This document shows positions 29,007 to 37,445 of a DNA stretch of 44,531 bases, piece by piece. This DNA is from a virus (Duplodnaviria; Heunggongvirae; Uroviricota; Caudoviricetes). The stretch lies in IMG/VR virus record IMGVR_UViG_3300017613_001587. The stretch is one strand, 5' to 3'. Made by a program: the position numbers and the translations under genes. The notes beneath the pieces are model-generated. The model saw only the letters and a list, made by a program, of their open reading frames with translations, ran no database searches and had not been told where the DNA came from. Within the stretch, counting starts at the first letter, position 1. Every line of letters starts with the position of its first letter.

Positions 29007-30335
29007 ATGAGTACTGCTGGTAAGAAGAAGTTGATACTCATCCCTTCCAGATCAATGGACAACAATCGCAAGGAAGATCGCAACGAGAGTGGTCTGATAC
29101 GGATGGGATCGAAGGCTCGTAATTTTATGAGCTTCGACGATGACAAGGTAGAGATTTGGACAGTAGCAGGCCAAGAGAGGCAGACTTCTGTCCTACTAGA
29201 CATATTTCAGGCTTATACAAAGGATATAAAAAAGGTCAAGAGCCTCGTCCAGACGGGCGAGCTTAAGCCCGGCGATTTAAATCGCATAGGCTTTGTTACA
29301 ACCAAGATGTATAACCGTGTCACCGGTGGCGATACCGACTCCAATATATGGGTATCTACCGGTGTACATGACACAGTGTTTGGCGCTGACCCTGAGTTTC
29401 TTTTGTTCAATGATGAAGGGGAAGTCGTCCACGCCAATGGTGTTATGAATAAAGCGGGCAAGATTGGTTGCGACGGAGCCATGGCCGAGGTTCGACCTAG
29501 TCCTGCTACTTCGCCTGAAGGCCTGGTCAAAAACATCCGCAGTTGTTTTGCAGACAAGTCACTTACTTCAGCTATATCTCCATACGAATGGAGAGCTGGT
29601 TGCTATCATAAGAATAATAAACGAGACTATCCTATGGGTGGTCATATTCATATCGGAAATCCCGCTAAAGTTGCCCGCATGCCGATGCCGAAGCGTGAAA
29701 TGTTCTTCAACGTGATGAACAAAATCATGGATGAGTTCCTTTCTATACCATGTATTCGTTTGGATGGTGAGCTGGGAAGAAAACGCCGTACTGATTGTCA
29801 AATGTGTCTCGGCAACAACGGTGGTTGGGGGTACTTCGGTGAATGGCGTACCTGTAATGGAAGACTCGAACATAGAAGCCTAAGTGGAATGTGGTTAATG
29901 CATCCTACGGTTGCTATGTGTGTCCTTGGAACCTCAAAGGCCATAACTGATGAGGTATTTAAAAGATGGGCACAAAACAAATTCAATTATAACTACGTTG
30001 TGCCCATGAAACATCAAGGGCTCAACTACCAGGACATGAATCATGATTCCTTCGGTGAGTGGAAGAATTTCCCTGTCTGTAAAGACATGGGCGCCATGAT
30101 GGGATCTAAGGAACTTCGAAGAGTCATGAATAACTCCAAGGGTGCTGACGTATCAAAAGCCTGGTTGGATAAATGGCATGCTAAGATGAAACGCCTGTCT
30201 ACTTACGGCAAATATTCTAAGTATATCGATGGCCTGCGTGAGATACTGACAGTGTCCATGACTGAGCTGGGCAAGTTTGATAAGAAGCTTCAGAATAACT
30301 GGTTAAAATCTAAGAAGTTTATTGTCAGTATTTAA
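29007..30335 (+). CDS. phiEco32-like COOH.NH2 ligase type 2 with extra N-terminal domain
   Basis: FGADPEFLL, CDGAMAEVRP, PMGGHIHIG, YFGEWR, LEHRSL. Confidence 0.88.
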   Translation: MSTAGKKKLILIPSRSMDNNRKEDRNESGLIRMGSKARNFMSFDDDKVEIWTVAGQERQTSVLLDIFQAYTKDIKKVKSLVQTGELKPGDLNRIGFVTTKMYNRVTGGDTDSNIWVSTGVHDTVFGADPEFLLFNDEGEVVHANGVMNKAGKIGCDGAMAEVRPSPATSPEGLVKNIRSCFADKSLTSAISPYEWRAGCYHKNNKRDYPMGGHIHIGNPAKVARMPMPKREMFFNVMNKIMDEFLSIPCIRLDGELGRKRRTDCQMCLGNNGGWGYFGEWRTCNGRLEHRSLSGMWLMHPTVAMCVLGTSKAITDEVFKRWAQNKFNYNYVVPMKHQGLNYQDMNHDSFGEWKNFPVCKDMGAMMGSKELRRVMNNSKGADVSKAWLDKWHAKMKRLSTYGKYSKYIDGLREILTVSMTELGKFDKKLQNNWLKSKKFIVSI

Positions 30336-30346
30336 TCATGGTCTAA
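30335..30346 (+). promoter_or_regulatory. single variant of the intergenic motif (ATCATGGTCTAA)
   Basis: 11/12 match to ATCATGGTCGAA, starting in the upstream stop codon; followed by AAAATCTAGAAA. Confidence 0.5.
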
Positions 30347-30391
30347 CTTTACAACGACGTCCGAAAAAAATCTAGAAAGGGGACTTGACAA

Positions 30392-31510
30392 ATGCCTAAA
30401 GGTGTTTATATTTATTTCAGTGGAGCCACTGACAAAACAGGTGGCTTACTAGCGGAAGCTCTTGATGTTCAGGGCGGGCGCAACAAGCCCAAGGGAGCAC
30501 AGCAGATCGTTATTGGTTGGGGAGCCAAGACGAAAGAGGCATGCAACCTCGGTAAAGCAACGGTGATCAATCACCCCGACGCCATCCGCGTCAATCGAAA
30601 CAAGTTCACCGCGTTGCAGCTCATGCAAAAGGCGAAAGTTAATGTCGCCCCGTTTGCCGATGCTGCTGCTACCGTAGCAGAGCTTGCAAAGAAAGGCAGT
30701 GCCCTCGGTCTGCCATTGGTCGGCCGTACCAATTACCATCAAGGTGGCGGCAACTTCTTCACCTGCTTAACGCAGACTCATGTTAAGGAGACCATCGGAA
30801 TTCTTAATGATAAACTGAAGAAGAAGGGGTACTTCCAGAACTACATCGACATCGAGTCGGAGTTCCGGCTGCATATCGTCAATGGGGAAGTGATCTATGC
30901 CCAGCGCAAGGTGCCCCGTGATAATTTGAAACAAGCACACGTCACTGATCAAACGGATAAGATCAAACGTATGGCCGAGAAGAAGGGCGCCAAGATCGAT
31001 GATGAAACCCTGAAATTCGCCATGGAGTACCAGGGCGGAAAGATCGCCGGTCAGGACCTGATCATCAAGTCCAACACCCGTGGTTATAAGTTCGCTAACG
31101 TTAAACTGACGAATGTGAATAAAAGTCTGAATAATCTGGCGGCAGAAGCCGTCAAAGCTGTCGAGGCTCTCGGACTTCAATTCGGTGCTGTTGACTGCGC
31201 TCTAGACACTAATAAGAAAGCCTGGATCATTGAGGTTAACACCGGGCCTGGCCTGGAAGGCACGGCGTTTAAGAACTACGTCGCAGCTTTCAATACGATG
31301 ATCAATGACATCCTGAATCCTGCCCCGGCCGCCAAAACAGCTGCGGGAGCAAAGGCCTTGAAGAAAACAACTGCTCCGGTGAAAAAGACCGGCAAGGGAT
31401 CAAAAGTTGATCCTGAAAAGTTGAGGATGTTGGCCGATATGTTGGATGAGGCCGATGAAAACGAAGCGGCTGCAGTTAATGCAGTAGCAGCAAGGATGTT
31501 CAATGGCTAA
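30392..31510 (+). CDS. ATP-grasp ligase (RimK-like)
   Basis: INHPDAI..NRNK, QNYI…EFRLHIV, FGAVD, IIEVNTGPG. Confidence 0.9.
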   Translation: MPKGVYIYFSGATDKTGGLLAEALDVQGGRNKPKGAQQIVIGWGAKTKEACNLGKATVINHPDAIRVNRNKFTALQLMQKAKVNVAPFADAAATVAELAKKGSALGLPLVGRTNYHQGGGNFFTCLTQTHVKETIGILNDKLKKKGYFQNYIDIESEFRLHIVNGEVIYAQRKVPRDNLKQAHVTDQTDKIKRMAEKKGAKIDDETLKFAMEYQGGKIAGQDLIIKSNTRGYKFANVKLTNVNKSLNNLAAEAVKAVEALGLQFGAVDCALDTNKKAWIIEVNTGPGLEGTAFKNYVAAFNTMINDILNPAPAAKTAAGAKALKKTTAPVKKTGKGSKVDPEKLRMLADMLDEADENEAAAVNAVAARMFNG

Positions 31511-32015
31511 TTTTTTCACTACTCTTCCTGCTGAGGAGATCGCCCGGCAGGTTGCGGAGCTATTAAATGCTCATAACCAATTAAGGAAACGGCACACAGG
31601 TTTCTCATTACAAGCCCTCAGGGGAGCATACTTCGTAGATGTAGTCGGCGGTCAAGTGATTGGCTGTCAGGCTATTCTTCGGGAGAATAATCAACTGACT
31701 CGGCTCTTTCACTTGTGTGTCCATCCTGATTGGCGGAGACGGGGACTGGCGCGAAAGCTTAAGCTTGCTGCTCTTGCCAATGTCGGTACCCCGTATGCGT
31801 ATGTAACGATTCGTGAAGATAATGCTGCTAGCATAAATCTAAATCAGTCGTTAGGCTTCGTCTTGGTAAAGAGAGAGTCGGTAGGTGATCACAACGTACT
31901 AACCCTGGGAAGGATGATGACCAATGATAGACAAGAGGCAGGTGCAGTGGCTGTTAGCCAACAACAAGCTAAAGTTAGCGCCCCAAATCTTTTCTACACA
32001 GGGTATAATACTTAA
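31503..32015 (+). CDS. GNAT-family acetyltransferase
   Basis: LCVHPDWRRRGLA (acetyl-CoA motif A), N.ASI.L…GF. Confidence 0.9.
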   Translation: MANFFTTLPAEEIARQVAELLNAHNQLRKRHTGFSLQALRGAYFVDVVGGQVIGCQAILRENNQLTRLFHLCVHPDWRRRGLARKLKLAALANVGTPYAYVTIREDNAASINLNQSLGFVLVKRESVGDHNVLTLGRMMTNDRQEAGAVAVSQQQAKVSAPNLFYTGYNT

Positions 32016-32031
32016 GGAGGGAAATAAAACA

Positions 32032-32766
32032 ATGGGTAACCGGACGCAGAAATTAAAGTACTTAGGCGTGGAGATGCTGAAGAAAGACGCCACCAAGAAC
32101 AGCACGCCTGAGGTTGGACTGTTTCGTGGCATCAGAGAACGCTCCGCGGGCGAAGGCACCGCCGCACAGACTCTTAAGATGATACTCATCGGTGCAAAGG
32201 ACAAAGAGAACGACGTTAGAGCTCTCAATCTGGAGATCTTTAATGTGCTGTCTCTTAAGATGTTATACGGTGACACCAAGGAGTTGGTGGTTTTCAAGGC
32301 CAGCGATGCCGATCAAAAGGAAGCGATGGACTTGCTTGAGGCTGCTCTCAAAGGCTTCCAGGAAGAGAAAAGGATGGTAGATAATGATCCTGAGATCGTA
32401 GACATCGCCACTTTCGAGGATGTTCCTCAGGAATTCTTCAGTCCCCAGGAAACGAAGAAGGCCAACACTGGCACCCAGAGCAACAACTACGGCTATGGTG
32501 TAGGCGGCATGGGAGCATGTGGCTACCAGGACACTGACTGGAAAGCTAAACAGGCAGAGCGAGAAGAGAAGAAAAAGAAAGAAGATGAGATGCGTTGGAC
32601 GCCCACTCTCATCAAGAGAAAGGGTGCCCTTCCAGCATTGAAGACCATGAACGCTCTGAAAAAGAAGATCGCTGCCATCGCGGCCGGTGAATATGACGTG
32701 CCCCTGGTTGATCCTGATCCCGAAGATACAGTGGATGAGGATGGTAAAAAAACGGCAACAGCCTAA
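32032..32766 (+). CDS. hypothetical protein
   Basis: SD AAGGAGG favours start 32032 (alternative 31924). Confidence 0.75.
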   Translation: MGNRTQKLKYLGVEMLKKDATKNSTPEVGLFRGIRERSAGEGTAAQTLKMILIGAKDKENDVRALNLEIFNVLSLKMLYGDTKELVVFKASDADQKEAMDLLEAALKGFQEEKRMVDNDPEIVDIATFEDVPQEFFSPQETKKANTGTQSNNYGYGVGGMGACGYQDTDWKAKQAEREEKKKKEDEMRWTPTLIKRKGALPALKTMNALKKKIAAIAAGEYDVPLVDPDPEDTVDEDGKKTATA

Positions 32767-32783
32767 AACCAGAGCAGGAGTCG

Positions 32784-32960
32784 ATCGATCCGGTTTCGTT
32801 TAAACTAAACATCACAGACCCGTATCAGTGTTTGGGATGTATAAACGAGGTGGAAGATTCTTTGGGCGGGCCTGATGAGGACAATGTTGTCTGCATAAAT
32901 TGCAATGATGGGGATAAGTTCAACGTCCCTGGTTATAGTGGGGGAAATATAGCAGGATGA
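32784..32960 (+). CDS. putative 58-aa Zn-finger protein with non-canonical start (not in ORF track)
   Basis: Open frame IDPVSF…CLGC…CINC…NIAG*; AGGAG upstream; ATGA coupling to ruvB. Confidence 0.5.
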   Translation: MDPVSFKLNITDPYQCLGCINEVEDSLGGPDEDNVVCINCNDGDKFNVPGYSGGNIAG

Positions 32961-33949
32961 TTAATAACATTATCGGTCATAATAATACCAAGAAGCAGCT
33001 AGTGATAGCTGTTGAGTCAGCTAAGAAAAGGAATGAGAACATCCCTCATATTCTATTCTCAGGTGCTGCTGGCTGTGGTAAAACCACCATGGGTATGGAG
33101 ATGGCGAGAGCGGCTGACGTTGACTTTCTGCCTGTGTCTCCAGATGATTTCAGTGACCGAGAGCCTGTGCTGCGTATCCTCGACAAGCTAGACCATTCTA
33201 ACTACGATGAACGCGGCAATCGTAAAGGCGGCCTGCGTCCTACCATGGTATTCGTGGATGAGATCCATCGTATGCCTAAGAAGGGTCAAGAGATCCTTGG
33301 CATAGCTATGGAGAAGTTCATGCTGGAAACCGGTAAAGCTAATAAGTTCTTCTGGATTCCATACTTTACTCTGATCGGAGCCACCACTGATGACGGTGAG
33401 CTTACCAAACCATTCAGAGAGAAATTTAAACTGCGCTTCCTCTTCGATACGTATAACGATGAGGAGATCAGAGATATTATACTACTGCATTCTCAGAAGC
33501 AGAAGCTTTTGATAAGTCATAAGGCTGCCAGAACCATAGCAACAAGGAGTAGAGGTATTCCTCGTACAGCTGTTGGTTATCTGGAGCGTAGTCGTGACTA
33601 TGCACAGTTTATTAAAGCCAAAGTCATCACAAGTCAAGCTGTACTGGATAATTTTAAGACGATGGGCATTGATTCCAAGGGCCTGACCGGTGCTGAGATC
33701 AAGATACTTAAGACTCTCTACACCAGTAAAGATCCCATTGGTCTGGATAACTTGGCCATTGTGTCTAATGAACCGAAGAAGAATCTTTCTCAAACCATAG
33801 AGCCTTTCCTTATCCGCAAGGGGCTAATGCTCCGCAGCGGTAAGGGTAGAGTCATAACTGACAATGGCAGGAAACACCTGGAAGGAGATGGATATCTGGG
33901 CGGGCCGAAGCGGAAGACAGAAATCAGCCCAGACTATGTAAGGAGTTAA
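32957..33949 (+). CDS. ruvB: RuvB-like Holliday junction branch-migration AAA+ ATPase
   Basis: HILFSGAAGCGKTT, FVDEIHR, AME, FTLIGATT, SRG.PR, C-terminal winged helix EP.L…G…R…GR. Confidence 0.92.
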   Translation: MINNIIGHNNTKKQLVIAVESAKKRNENIPHILFSGAAGCGKTTMGMEMARAADVDFLPVSPDDFSDREPVLRILDKLDHSNYDERGNRKGGLRPTMVFVDEIHRMPKKGQEILGIAMEKFMLETGKANKFFWIPYFTLIGATTDDGELTKPFREKFKLRFLFDTYNDEEIRDIILLHSQKQKLLISHKAARTIATRSRGIPRTAVGYLERSRDYAQFIKAKVITSQAVLDNFKTMGIDSKGLTGAEIKILKTLYTSKDPIGLDNLAIVSNEPKKNLSQTIEPFLIRKGLMLRSGKGRVITDNGRKHLEGDGYLGGPKRKTEISPDYVRS

Positions 33950-33951
33950 CC

Positions 33952-34779
33952 ATGCCCAAGATAGACATAGTATCATCAGAATCTGTTGAGAAGCAGGAAA
34001 GTTTTCTACCGTACTATCTTGGTAATACTCCCGAGGAAGCAGAGGAGACTTACGAACTCTTCTCGTGGCTACTTGGTGTGATGGCTGGCGCCTATGCTAA
34101 AAGCACAGACGTGGCCATGGAAGACTACTTCGGTGAAGCTATTACCGGCTTAGCCAGAGCCAAAAGAGACTGGGACCCCACAAGGGGTGGGTGTCAATTC
34201 AGAACCTTCGCCATCATGAAGGTAAAGAACGCCCTGAACGAATACTGTCGTAAAAATAGTAGTATAGTAAAGATACCTCACTATGTAAGGACTGCCCATA
34301 CCTATATTACTAATATTAAAACTCTTATGGAAGGTCATGGCATCCGTCGTGAGAACATAGAGTTTGTTCTTGAGGGTGGTAAGATGTTCAACGTCTCAAC
34401 GGTACCTGATGCTGACGTAGATAGGATACGTGCAGAACAAGATAAGTTAAACAAGCTGGCAGTGAACAGTGGTGTTAGCTTGAAAAACCTGGTAGAACGT
34501 GCTGAGTTCGTACCATCAGACATGTCCTATGATGAAAGCATGTCCCAAGAGGAGATGCACAAGCGTGAACAAAGGCGACTAGCTGCTGCCTTAATGGTAA
34601 GCAAGCTAGAAGATCACATGACAGAAGAGGAACTTCATGTGGCACAAGGTATTATGGCTGGTCATTCTTATGCAGAGATCGGTCGTACTCATAAGCCAAA
34701 AAGATCTATAGCGTGGGTCCAGATAATTGTGAATGATATGAGGGAGAAATTTCAACGAAAGGATAACCATGCTAAGTGA
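33952..34779 (+). CDS. sigma70-family RNA polymerase sigma factor
   Basis: Region 2 (EA..GL.RA..DWDP.RG..F.TFA…KNAL.EY.R…V.IP); C-terminal HTH (SYAEIG). Confidence 0.85.
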   Translation: MPKIDIVSSESVEKQESFLPYYLGNTPEEAEETYELFSWLLGVMAGAYAKSTDVAMEDYFGEAITGLARAKRDWDPTRGGCQFRTFAIMKVKNALNEYCRKNSSIVKIPHYVRTAHTYITNIKTLMEGHGIRRENIEFVLEGGKMFNVSTVPDADVDRIRAEQDKLNKLAVNSGVSLKNLVERAEFVPSDMSYDESMSQEEMHKREQRRLAAALMVSKLEDHMTEEELHVAQGIMAGHSYAEIGRTHKPKRSIAWVQIIVNDMREKFQRKDNHAK

Positions 34780-34966
34780 TAATAAGCAGGCAATTGCCTA
34801 TGCTTCTGTAGTTGAGGCCCATGAGAATTTTGTTAACTTTTTAGTCGGGATAGGAGATATTGATCTCGAGGATGAAGAGCTCGGCAATGCTGCCAGCGAG
34901 ATTGGTCGCCTCTTGAACCAAGCAAAGGGCGTACTCGACGTGGAGAAGTTTGATGAAGCAGAATAA
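34769..34966 (+). CDS. small hypothetical protein
   Basis: ORF coupled to neighbours. Confidence 0.6.
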   Translation: MLSDNKQAIAYASVVEAHENFVNFLVGIGDIDLEDEELGNAASEIGRLLNQAKGVLDVEKFDEAE

Positions 34967-35198
34967 GAACACGTTCATATTTGATAACTTTGCTGAGACT
35001 CAGGGGGCAGGTCCCCTTGATAAACTCACAGCGCTCCTCAATGCGGCTGGTGTGACCTACTGCGTAGAGCCGTGGGGGGATGGGCTTAACCGTGTGTATG
35101 TCCGCAAGGATGTAGCACATATTCTAAGCACGTTGGAGGAGGAGGCCAATGGCGCTAACAACGGAACAACTAGCATTGGGGTGCCCGAACAGAGTTAA
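34950..35198 (+). CDS. small hypothetical protein
   Basis: ORF coupled to neighbours. Confidence 0.55.
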   Translation: MMKQNKNTFIFDNFAETQGAGPLDKLTALLNAAGVTYCVEPWGDGLNRVYVRKDVAHILSTLEEEANGANNGTTSIGVPEQS

Positions 35199-35394
35199 AC
35201 AACGGCACAGATTCCACTGCAAAGCTCTTATAGGACAACCTAACGGTACACTCTGCAGTCCTGATAATTGTGCAGCCATACACATGGCAGACCTGATGGT
35301 AAATGAGTTAAGAGCAGAGATTTATGATATGTTAGGAGGCGGAAATGAAAACGCTGGAGGCACTGAGGCTGTTGCAGGACAACACAAAGGCTGA
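35149..35394 (+). CDS. small Cys/His-containing protein
   Basis: Strong SD GGAGGAGG; C…C…C…C pattern. Confidence 0.65.
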   Translation: MALTTEQLALGCPNRVKQRHRFHCKALIGQPNGTLCSPDNCAAIHMADLMVNELRAEIYDMLGGGNENAGGTEAVAGQHKG

Positions 35395-36727
35395 AGTGTT
35401 CCTAGTTGGTGGATTTGTCAGGGATTACCTGCGCAACAAAAAGAACGATGACTTGGACATAGTTGTTCGGAAGGTGTCATCAAAAGCAATTATTGCTTAC
35501 TTAAAGAAGCACGGTTCGTGTAAGAGAATCACACTTGCCGTCAACAGCGACTCTTTTGAGACCGAGCTGATCTTATTCAGAGGTAGTGATGATACTACCA
35601 TAGCTCAGTTGGTCTTACCGCGCAGAGGCAAACGACAAATTGCCGATAGGAACAACACACTTAGGCAAGACGCTAAGTACAGGGATTTTAAAATAAACGC
35701 AATGTATCTGCCGATTAATTTTCGTTCTAAGGCAGATGTGATTGATGTGATTGGTGGTCTAGCTGACATCAAGAGTCGCACCATAGCATGTGTGTCCGGT
35801 GCTGACGATTGTTTATCCATGTCCCCTATCAGGGTACTACGAGCAGTATCACTGTCTGCTCGCACTGGATACAAGCTAGACGCTGATCTCTTCGCTGGGA
35901 TGAGAAAATACAGCGATAGTATAAAGGATGTTATCCCTGAGGGTATTCGCAGGGAGTTAAATAAGATCCTTTTGAGCAAGAAACCATCGAAATCCCTTAA
36001 ACTTATGCAGAAGCTAGGGCTATTGAAACATACCATGCCTGAGCTCAATGACTGCGTAGGGGTAACCCAAGACACAAGATATCATAAGTACGATGTCTTT
36101 GTACATTGCATCTATACTTGTGATAACACTGAGGAGAATCTTGTACTCCGTCTTGCTGGATTACTTCATGATATAGGAAAAGCTGGCACAAGAAAGAGGG
36201 TCGGTAAGAGAGTGACGTTCCACAAGCACGAGATGCTGAGCGTCAAGCTTGCGCGGGACTTCTTGAACCGGTTGAGATACGATAGTAAAACCAAGACCGA
36301 GGTGCTGGGCCTGATCAGAATGCATATGTACCACTACACCCGTGAGTACGGAGACGGGGCGGTTAGGCGGTTCATACGTAAACAGCACATCACCGAAGAT
36401 ATGGTTGGTACCATCGGTGATCTACCCCTCTTTAAACTGAGGATAGCTGAAAGATTAGGTAATGGGTTAAAAACTGATCCGGTGACCCAAAGACAGTTGG
36501 ACTTCGAAGACCGGATAAGAAAGGTAGTCAGTAAGGGTGGCGGGTTGAGGTTAAAAGACCTTGATATTGATGGCCACATCATCAAGGAAGCTTTCTCTCT
36601 TAAAAACGGAGAGATGATTGGTGAAATCCTGAACTATCTGTTGGACAGAGTCCAGCGCGATAAGCAACTAAACGATCGGATGCAATTGATCGAGTTAACA
36701 TTACAGTATCTCCGAAGCAAAAGCTAA
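35345..36727 (+). CDS. cca: class II tRNA nucleotidyltransferase (CCA-adding enzyme-like) with HD domain
   Basis: LVGGFVRD…DDLDIVV, RDFKINAM, PIRVLRA, GIRRELNKIL, LHDIGK. Confidence 0.92.
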   Translation: MKTLEALRLLQDNTKAEVFLVGGFVRDYLRNKKNDDLDIVVRKVSSKAIIAYLKKHGSCKRITLAVNSDSFETELILFRGSDDTTIAQLVLPRRGKRQIADRNNTLRQDAKYRDFKINAMYLPINFRSKADVIDVIGGLADIKSRTIACVSGADDCLSMSPIRVLRAVSLSARTGYKLDADLFAGMRKYSDSIKDVIPEGIRRELNKILLSKKPSKSLKLMQKLGLLKHTMPELNDCVGVTQDTRYHKYDVFVHCIYTCDNTEENLVLRLAGLLHDIGKAGTRKRVGKRVTFHKHEMLSVKLARDFLNRLRYDSKTKTEVLGLIRMHMYHYTREYGDGAVRRFIRKQHITEDMVGTIGDLPLFKLRIAERLGNGLKTDPVTQRQLDFEDRIRKVVSKGGGLRLKDLDIDGHIIKEAFSLKNGEMIGEILNYLLDRVQRDKQLNDRMQLIELTLQYLRSKS

Positions 36728-36739
36728 CCGAGATACGAA

Positions 36740-37430
36740 AAGTCGGTAGACAAACATAGCTCTACCGACAAAAGGGACGCAGTGATTGTGAGCCTGCGCA
36801 CCGAGCGGAAGCTCTCGTGACCTCAGCGATAACGTTGGGTAATTGCGGTATGAGGATCTACATACGCTACCTTAAATGCGGTACCGTTCCTGGGTCAATC
36901 GTACCTATAAAGCCAAATCAAACAACCGGTTCGGTCAGGGTTACCATCTTCGGCTAAATAAACCAAGTGTATTTTTCTTATAAGTTCGATCAGTTCTGAA
37001 AGCAGTCTTTGTATACACACAATGCTAAGGAACGTTAAATTTCGCTTAGGAAAATATGGTTGGTACTGAACCGCGTACCTAACGCGGTGTTCTCTTCGCC
37101 CTTTGTGATCAGTCAAGAGGAAAGGTATGACAAAGGAAGCACCAAAGTCCTGAGAGACTACTCCAGGCAGCTTCTGGGCGCCAAAGTACTGCAGCTGATA
37201 CAAAGGTAACAATACGTCGTGGGATGTCGTTCCTGTTGCCAGCAAGCTAGGTAATTACAAAGTAATGTCCTGAGGAGGATACTGAAATGATTTACCTAGG
37301 GACTCCAAATCCCAATAGGAAGACTTAGTTCAATACATAGGCGAGCCTCTGTCAGAGGACGCAAGTTCAACTATGATGTCTTGCTCATAGCGCGTTCTAC
37401 ACACTTGCCAACGACAAGCAAGAGTATTGA
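36740..37430 (+). ncRNA. ORF-poor, hairpin-dense region; putative large structured RNA of unknown class
   Basis: Stems such as 36742-50/36761-69, 37071-76/37082-87, 37100-06/37130-36, 37205-11/37234-40, 37247-54/37292-99, 37379-85/37417-23; strand assumed. Confidence 0.5.
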
Positions 37431-37445
37431 GATGTTAATTTATTA

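Noticed and set aside
32004-32009. TATAAT upstream of 32032 as a sigma70 promoter
   Set aside because: No -35 element at ~17 bp (CCCCAA there), and it lies inside the GNAT coding sequence.
32872-32895. Hammerhead-like CTGATGA followed by a short stem
   Set aside because: No GAAA after stem II; the sequence lies within the putative Zn-finger ORF.
37150-37335. Group I P7-like pair GAGACTA…TAGTTC; RNase P-like GAGGAAAG at ~37117
   Set aside because: The G-binding pair would be G-U rather than G-C and the rest of the core is missing; the RNase P GAGGAAAGUCC and 3' P4 consensus are not present.
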